DNA of 64,000 nucleotides. Source: the human T2T-CHM13v2.0 reference genome, Homo sapiens. How positions within the stretch are numbered: position 1 is the first letter of the stretch; the number at the start of each line of letters is the position of its first letter. This document shows positions 56,395-64,000 of the stretch, one piece after another. The DNA is taken from NCBI RefSeq assembly GCF_009914755.1, contig NC_060926.1; one strand, given 5' to 3'. A model generated the notes under the pieces. The model saw only the letters and a list, made by a program, of their open reading frames with translations, had not been told where the DNA came from and made no database searches. The position numbers were made by a program, and so were the translations under genes.

Positions 56395-57634
56395 ATTCCA
56401 TTTAATTCTTACCTCAACCTTATGTTGAAAGAATTATTACTCTATTTTATGTAAAAGAAAATAGGGCTTAAAGATAGAGCCCAAGGTTGCAAAACTAACA
56501 TTAATAAATACCAAAACCACATGGAATCCTAAGCTCTTAACCACTTAACAACAAATATTTGCTGAATGATCCTGCGTTTCAGGCTGTGTGCTAGGCGCTG
56601 TGTGTATATGGATAAAGTAGTGAATGAAACATACAGAAATCTCTCCATCGTAGAGAATACCATCCAGTGAGGGAAGATAGAGGAGTTGAACACAAAACTA
56701 CCTGAATAAAGATGCAGTCACAAAGTGTGCTATGAAGGTCAGGGCACTATGGAAGAAGGCAAGAAAAGTCTGATTTCCCCTCTGCCTGAATGTCTCCCTT
56801 CATCTCTACTGCTTGCCCAAATCTTACTACAGCCTAAATCCTAGCCCCCTCCACAGAGTTTGTTCTGACCCTTCTGCTGGAAATAAACACTTTGCCCTCT
56901 GAAGTCCCATGCTCTGTCTGAAATGTTTGCAGTCTGGCTATTGGTAAAGGTGTTTTGTGTTCCTCTGAAGGATTGTGAACTCCTTGAGGGCTTAAACCTT
57001 GCCCTTTTCAGTTTTCAGTCCCCAAAGTACCAAGAAATAAACTTAAGGCAGAACAGAACTTAGTAAATCCATGTCAAATAAATAGATGCTAGCAAGAACC
57101 AATTTGCTTAAGCAAACCTAGCAAACTGCTGAACGAGAAGTTAGTCTTCCTTCACAGCTCAATTTTCCTCATAAAAATTTGCATAGCTTAATGCAAGAAC
57201 ATATGTGACGACGTTGGCCACAGAGTGTGTGAGACTTAGAGCATCAGATTTGTCTCTGTTTTCCTGGCAAATGTGGTTAAAAGGGAAAAAATTCTATCAT
57301 TTTTATTTATTTTTTGTGTACTTGTTTGTTCATTCATTTGTCTGTCAGTCTGTCTATTATCTGTAATGAAGTTGTATGACTATCTCAGGGAAGCAAAACC
57401 TATTGAATTGCTAATTTCTTAAAGTCATTTCCCACTCGTGCTTCAAAGTCACCAACTGGGGTAGTAGTTACTGTTTTCAACCATATGGTTATGGGAAATG
57501 CAATGCACTGTCTGATAGGGTTTCGTTCTTGATAAAAACCCAAGGCCATATATAAGGTGAAATGCAAAATTGTGGTCATGTGCAATCTTTTAGTGTCCTA
57601 GACTGACCCGTGGGTAAAACTTAAAGTAATTGAA

Positions 57635-57803
57635 CAGGTTTCTGAAAATGTGGTCCACAAACCTTCAGCTCAGATCTGTGTGGTATGCTTGCTAGAACCC
57701 TAAGAGATTCTGATTTTGAAGTTGGAACTGGGGCCTAAAACTCTGCATTTTTAAATTAACTTCCTTAGTGATTCTAAGACACAATAAAGTTTGAAAACCA
57801 CTA
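57635..57803. mobile_element. MER5A-type MITE
   Basis: aatgtggtcc...ctgcatttttaa...agtgattct...aagtttgaaaaccact. Confidence 0.75.
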
Positions 57804-57947
57804 TATTGGAGAAGCATTGGATGTAACCATAGACCAACAGATTGTTTGAGAAATGTGTGACAAGCACCTACTGTGTTGTTTTAATCAACTCTATTTTAGT
57901 TTTTAAGGATCAAAGAACTTTAAGCTACATTAGGTAAAAGGGGTCTT

Positions 57948-58322
<375 letters not shown>

Positions 58323-58429
58323 CTATGGGTGTGATGGGAGCTATAAATGCTGGGATTACAGTTTAGATTACAGTTGGAAGTAATGCTGGAAGTGCTGGGA
58401 TTATAGGCATGAGCCACCAGGCCTGGCCC

Positions 58430-58558
58430 TTTATTTATTTATTTGTAGAGATGGGGTCTCGCCATGTTGCCCAGGCTTGTCTGGAACTCCTTTTGCTGTC
58501 CTTCTGCCTCAGCCTTCTGAAGTGCTGGGATTACAGGTGTGAGCCACTGTGCCTGGCC
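58430..58558 (-). mobile_element. Free left Alu monomer (FLAM-like)
   Basis: (TTTA)n tail, then gtagagatggggtctcgccatgttgcccagg...gagccactgtgcctggcc. Confidence 0.82.
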
Positions 58559-61500
58559 CTGGTTTGTATAATACTTTTGTGCCAGGTCCCTCAGTGGCTC
58601 AGAAGCCTATTGGAGCAGCCCTTGAGGCCAGAGACTCATGTGGAAGGGGAGGGGACAGTGATGCACAAAGGTGGCAGAGAATGATGCAGGAGCATCCCTC
58701 CGGAGAGGGCTTGTGGTGTTCCACGGGGAGGTTGGCCTTTCCAACTGGTTCAAGCTCCACTTTTTGGAGGGAATTCAGAACCTGGCTCATCCCTCTCTTG
58801 TGCCTCCACCAGTTACACTCTGGGTGCTAAACTATTGGAAGAGACTAGCATGTTTCCAATAGAAAAGGCTTGCTTTTTTTTTTTTTTTTTTTTTTTTTAC
58901 TTCACAGCTTTGGTTTGAGAAAAGGGCTGTTGTGAATTAGGTAGAAATATAGAAAAGGAAAATGAAGCTCCAGAGAATAGAAATGCAGTAGAATAACACC
59001 TTCATGTGGAATAGAAACTGGGAGAATGAGGTACTCACTCTGAGTATGATCTGAGTCTGATATTACTCACTCTGAGTATGATCTGAGTGATATTTTAGTT
59101 CAGACAAGCAAAATATGCAGTCTGTGTGTACTTGCATTCTTACCAAAATGCCTTGGCTGTGATTCCTATCAGTGGTCTATGATAAACAGTGCTGTTTGGT
59201 TGTCTTATAAAATAAACCAACATACCAAAGAAAACAAAATAAATTTAAAAAGCAGAAAGATAAGCAAATGTAGGTTTAGTGTGTGGAGTTCTGTTCTTTA
59301 CACCTGAAATGCAATACTATGCTGTCTTAGTTTATATCTAATAGTGACTTTAAAGCACTATTAATTTTCTTCGTGGAACAGCCAGGCTATGTTACCATAA
59401 ATAAATCCTATGGCACATGGATATTTAAAATGATTTATTATTAGCATTGGTGGCAAAAATCTGTGTTTCCTTCAATATGAGTGTTCTTTCTTTACAAAAT
59501 GCTTTTGCTTCTGGCTGGTTTCATTCTCATATCTGTAGAATTCTCTGCAGACAATATAATATGATTCTTATTTGTCGATAGAGGTAAATGAGTTGTTTTA
59601 TAGAAACCAAGGTACCCATTCTAATTAGAAGTATATTTTTAGTCTTTTGATGTACTTCCTATGAAGAAATTGAATAAATTAGCTTTGATTTACCTGGGGT
59701 GTTTCCTTCAGTTTATTAAATAATCTTCTGCAATTAAAAAGAATAAATTAGTTATTTTTTGCTTCCTTGGCTTTGGTCCCATTTCAATGTGATTTCTAAA
59801 TTAGAGTGTGGTTTCCGGAGGTTTTTGACTCACTGGGTTAGCTAATGTGATGGTAGATTTATAAAGTGTTTAATTTATATTATTATAGTAAAGCCTAGAA
59901 TTAGAGGTGGAGTTAAACATTGGGATCTTAATATATCAATTTGAAACTTCAGGTTTTATAAAAACATCAAATAATTTATGTATGGTTAAAAAATCAACAA
60001 GCTACTTTATGCTTAAATGAAATAGATTGCTCATGGTTTAGACAAACAACTTTTAAGTGTCCCCTAGTAGAAAAATCAGCCCTGGATAGTCTGTGAATCT
60101 CTTGAAGTTGTTTTGAAATTAAGTTGCTACATATAGATGGTTCAGATAGAATATTTCTGGAATGACATGCTTTCAATGATCATAAATAAAATATCCAAAA
60201 ATAAGTATGCTAGGAATGATAGACTCTCTGCCTTTTGAAATCTTTCCAAGTTAGATTTAATTTGCTGATATCTAAAATATGTTTGTCATATTGTATTTTG
60301 AGACCTTATGGATAACCAAAGGAATACAGATCACACGAATGTGGTGACAAGCTCTGTTGCAAGTGTGTTAATTTCTAACTTGAGCCAGCAATATCCTCTC
60401 TCATTGCTGAATGACCACAATGCTTTTGAGTGGATGTTTGATTATATTTAGTTTCGCACTGAATTATATTCTGTCTTAAGCTTCTGTCTTATTTGTTCAT
60501 GGGTACTGGGAAGAGCTTGACCTTTTTTAGAATCTAACAGACTTCTGGTGGACTCCTGGTATTGTCACTTTTTCACAGTATTTTGAATTTTAGTTAACAT
60601 CTCTGAAACTATATGCTCATGTGTAACATAGATATAATATGTAATATCTGTAAGACAACTTAACTTCATAGGGCTTTCTTATCCCATGCAAAGTTGCTCA
60701 ATATGTGATAATTTTCTCCATTATGTATTTTTTCTACCCCAAGTAAATTGTAGGATTCATGACTATTTAAGCTCAAGGCATAAACATTATGAATTTTATA
60801 AACAGAAGATACTTAGCAGTGTGTATGTTTATGTGAGTGTGTATGTGTGTGCGTGTGTATGTGTGTATGTCGAGACAGAGAAAGAGTGAGGGGGGGCTCT
60901 CATAGTGGAACAATAATAATGTTTAGTATTTAAACATTAGGACCTGTTTATCATGTATAATGTCATTTTATATTCTTGCAATGTAAACATGCAATGTAAC
61001 ATTGCAAGAATGTAAACTTTGCAAGAATATAAAATAACATTATATATGACCAACAAGGTCATACATGGTCTTGAACCTTGAAGAATTCCATCTTTTCCCA
61101 AACTATCTTTCCTTCCACCCAAAATCAGAAACAACTGAAAGTTAATCAAAGCAGAGGGAGATCAAAATATCAGCTGCTTCTCAACCCCAGAATTAGACAG
61201 GCTTTCCTACCTGGCCACAGCCTGTACTGAATAGCAAAACATTCTCCTTGGGTGAGCACAGCTGAGAAGACAGAAGAATATGTGCATTTTCTGAGCAGAC
61301 GTATCCCAAAGAAAGAAAAGGAGAGAGCATATCATAACAAGAAATGTATCAGTTTCTTGTTGCCAAAGTCATGATTTACATCTCCACAGGAGATGTAGGT
61401 GAGGGAGGTGTAGAGAGTCAAGGCACAAGAACTACTATGGAAGTGGATCTCCCTTCACATGGAAGGCATCATTAAGAGGACTCCACCCTTGCTGTCTGGT

Positions 61501-61669
61501 GCCGTGCGACTTGGTGAACTCTCACCCTAATACTTTCCACTGCCTCCTTTACTTCCCTTTAGCTATGTCAGCCTCCTTTCTGACCAAGCTTTTTTCCATC
61601 TCATTCAGACTTTCACTTACTGTTCCCTCTTTCTGGGAATCTCTTCTAGCCTTTTGCCTGGGTGCCTTT

Positions 61670-61898
61670 CTAAAACTTTTCACTTTTTTAGAAACAGGGT
61701 CTGGCTTTGTCACCTGATGGGGTGCAATGATGCAGTCATAGCTCACTGCAGCCTCAAACTCCTGGGCTTAAGCCTCCTGAGTGGCTGGGACTACAGGTGC
61801 GTGCCACCACGCCTGATTATTTTTATGTTTTTAGAGGTAGCATCTCTCTGTGTTGCCCAGGATGGTCTCAAACTCCTGACCTCCAGTGGTGCCTGGCC
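61670..61898 (-). mobile_element. AluJ with internal deletions
   Basis: agaaacagggtctggc...catagctcactgcagcctcaaactcctgggct...tgcctggcc; flanks c(c/t)tgggtgc(c/t)ttt. Confidence 0.85.
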
Positions 61899-62790
61899 CT
61901 TGGGTGCTTTTATTCAACACTTTGTTTTCAGTTAAAATGCCATTGCCTCAGAGTGTCTGCCTCTGACTACCCTATTTAAAAATCCCCCTTCTTCCTGTTT
62001 TTTTTTCTTCTTCATTACTCTGTATTATTTTCTCACAGCAATTATCATTATCCCAACTAGAATGGAAGTTCCATGTCTTGTTCTCTGCTGAAACATGTTG
62101 AATGGTGACTGCCACAAAGTAATTACCTAAATATTTGTTGAATGAATAATAATGGATGAGTCAGTAAACCTTTTTCTAGGGCTTACTGTATACCAAGTTT
62201 TATGCCAACTGCTAGTTACATTAAGATGAATAAAATGAGGTTACTTTTATCACGGAGCACTTAAATAGAAATTCAGGCATGCAAACACATGTTTTCTATA
62301 ACAGGAATGAGTACAGGACATTATGGAGCCAGAAAGAAGGGAGTCCTGTGATTGGGGAGGTGAGACTTAGTAGATCAGGAGTTACCAGGTAAACATGGAA
62401 TAGATGTTTACAAGTAGTAAGTAGCAGAGGAGATATGTGTACAGAAGCTTGGCTGTGTGAAAGTACTTTGTAACTGAATGAATTACAGGTGGCTAATGAT
62501 GCTTGGGATACACAACCCATATGGGGGAATGATAAGAAATAAAGAGATATGCAGGTACCCGCTCGTGAAGACATTCTACCAAGTTTGTATCTTATCTGGA
62601 ATTCTGGTGGAATTTAAATTTTAACCATGAGTGTGATAAAATCACATTTATGTTTTAGAAAAAGAAAATAGTATAGAAAATAATGAGGTGAGACGACATT
62701 GGAAACCAGTGGAAAAATTAGGGGACCATTCAATTATCTGGGCAAGAAATGAGGAAAATATTTTCTTGAATAGAAAAGGGGAATTGAAGT

Positions 62791-63173
62791 TATCTTAGTC
62801 TGTTTTCTGTTACTTATAACAAAATACTTGAAACTGGGTAACTTATAAAGAAACAAAATTTATTTCTTACAGTTCTGGAGACTGGGAAGTTCAAGGGTGA
62901 GGGTCCGCATTTGGTGAGAGCCTTCTTGCTCGTGGGGAGTCTACAGAGTCCCAAGGTGGCACAGGGCATCACATGGTGAAGGGTTGATCATGTGAACTTA
63001 GGTCTTTCTTTGGCATCTTATAAAGCTACAGGTCCCACTCCCGTGATCCGTAATCCCATTAATCCATAAATAAAATCCAGTCACCTCTTAAAGGAGCCAC
63101 CTCTCACTTCTGCCACATAGGGGATTCACTTTTGTCATGAGTTTTGGAGGGGGCAAATATTGAAACCACAGCA
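62791..63173 (-). mobile_element. MaLR LTR (MST-like)
   Basis: tcttagtctgttttctgtt...aatttatttcttacagttctggagactgggaagttcaag...aaaccacagca. Confidence 0.87.
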
Positions 63174-63470
63174 GTAGGTAAGCATATGAATTATCATAAC
63201 TCGATAGTGTTTAATAGCATGTCTTCATGACCTGGAGTGTGCTCAATTTTTCATCCATCCATCCTGTGTAATTCACATAACTGGATGATTATGCAAACAC
63301 TCTTCCCTGCTCAACGGATTTAATAGAAACAGTAGTAAGCAATTGGCTGGATTTCAGCAAGGCACAGACCCTTTTTAGCCACCTCTTCTGAGTGTGAGCT
63401 TCTAAGGAGTAAAATGGTTCCAAAGATCCAGGGTATCTCACAAAGTCCCCACATTCCCATCTCTTCTTAT

Positions 63471-63632
63471 CAGGATCAGGGACAAAATTTGAGGGTCCTG
63501 TGCAAAATGGGAAAATGTGGAGTTCAGTGTTCAAAAAATTATTGAGAATTTCAAGACTATTGTCACAGAGCCCTAAACCACCCCTGAGACTGCACAGATC
63601 ACCTGCCCATCCATCCATGATGCTGGTCCCAG
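63471..63632 (-). mobile_element. MER45A-type hAT MITE
   Basis: gtgcaaaatg.gaaaatgtgg...tgttcaaaaaattattgagaatttcaagac matches recalled MER45A. Confidence 0.75.
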
Positions 63633-63804
63633 TCTTTATTGGCTTTCTCTCCAGGCCAGGATCCTAACTGGCTTTGAGTTTTAATTTCTGGGAAGAGTTG
63701 CCATTAACTCAGATTATTTTATTGGATTGCATTTCTTCAGCTGAGAACATCTAAGGATTGGAGGAAATAGGACCAGGGAGAGGTTCATTTTTGTTACAGG
63801 CAAC

Positions 63805-64000
63805 AAAGCGGAATGCACACTCTGGACCCACATTGCTTGGGTTCCAAAGTCTCTCAACCACTTACTGGGACCTTGCATGAGGAACAGAAGCTCTCTGTGT
63901 CTCCATTTTCTTACCTGCAAAATGGGAATGACAAGAGTAATTGTTATAGGTTCTTATGAGGATTGAGTGAGTTGATTCATGTAAAGCACTTGGTAAATGA
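63805..64000 (+). mobile_element. MIR
   Basis: ttttcttacctgcaaaatgggaatga...tgaggattgagtgag...tgtaaagcactt. Confidence 0.8.

Noticed and set aside
61377-61397. 9-bp hairpin tacatctcc-aca-ggagatgta
   Set aside because: Short enough to arise by chance in 64 kb.

Overview
Human genomic DNA (it carries an AluYb8, a human-specific subfamily) from inside THSD7B, transcribed on the + strand. Only three internal coding exons are present (37008-37199, 38861-39095, 48418-48533; 543 nt, spliced in frame), encoding thrombospondin type-1 repeats. The rest is AT-rich intron filled with L1, L2, Alu, MIR, LTR (ERV1, MaLR) and DNA-transposon remnants plus microsatellites. The other ORF-track calls are repeat-derived or chance ORFs. 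I found no evidence for a new gene or multi-gene system. The most notable structures are a long fold-back hairpin near 61 kb, a very young AluYb8 forming inverted pairs around the exons, three L1 insertions with 5' inversions, nested LTR and transposon stacks, and possible splice variation. Repeat family names come from recalled consensus similarity, and boundaries of old repeats are approximate.
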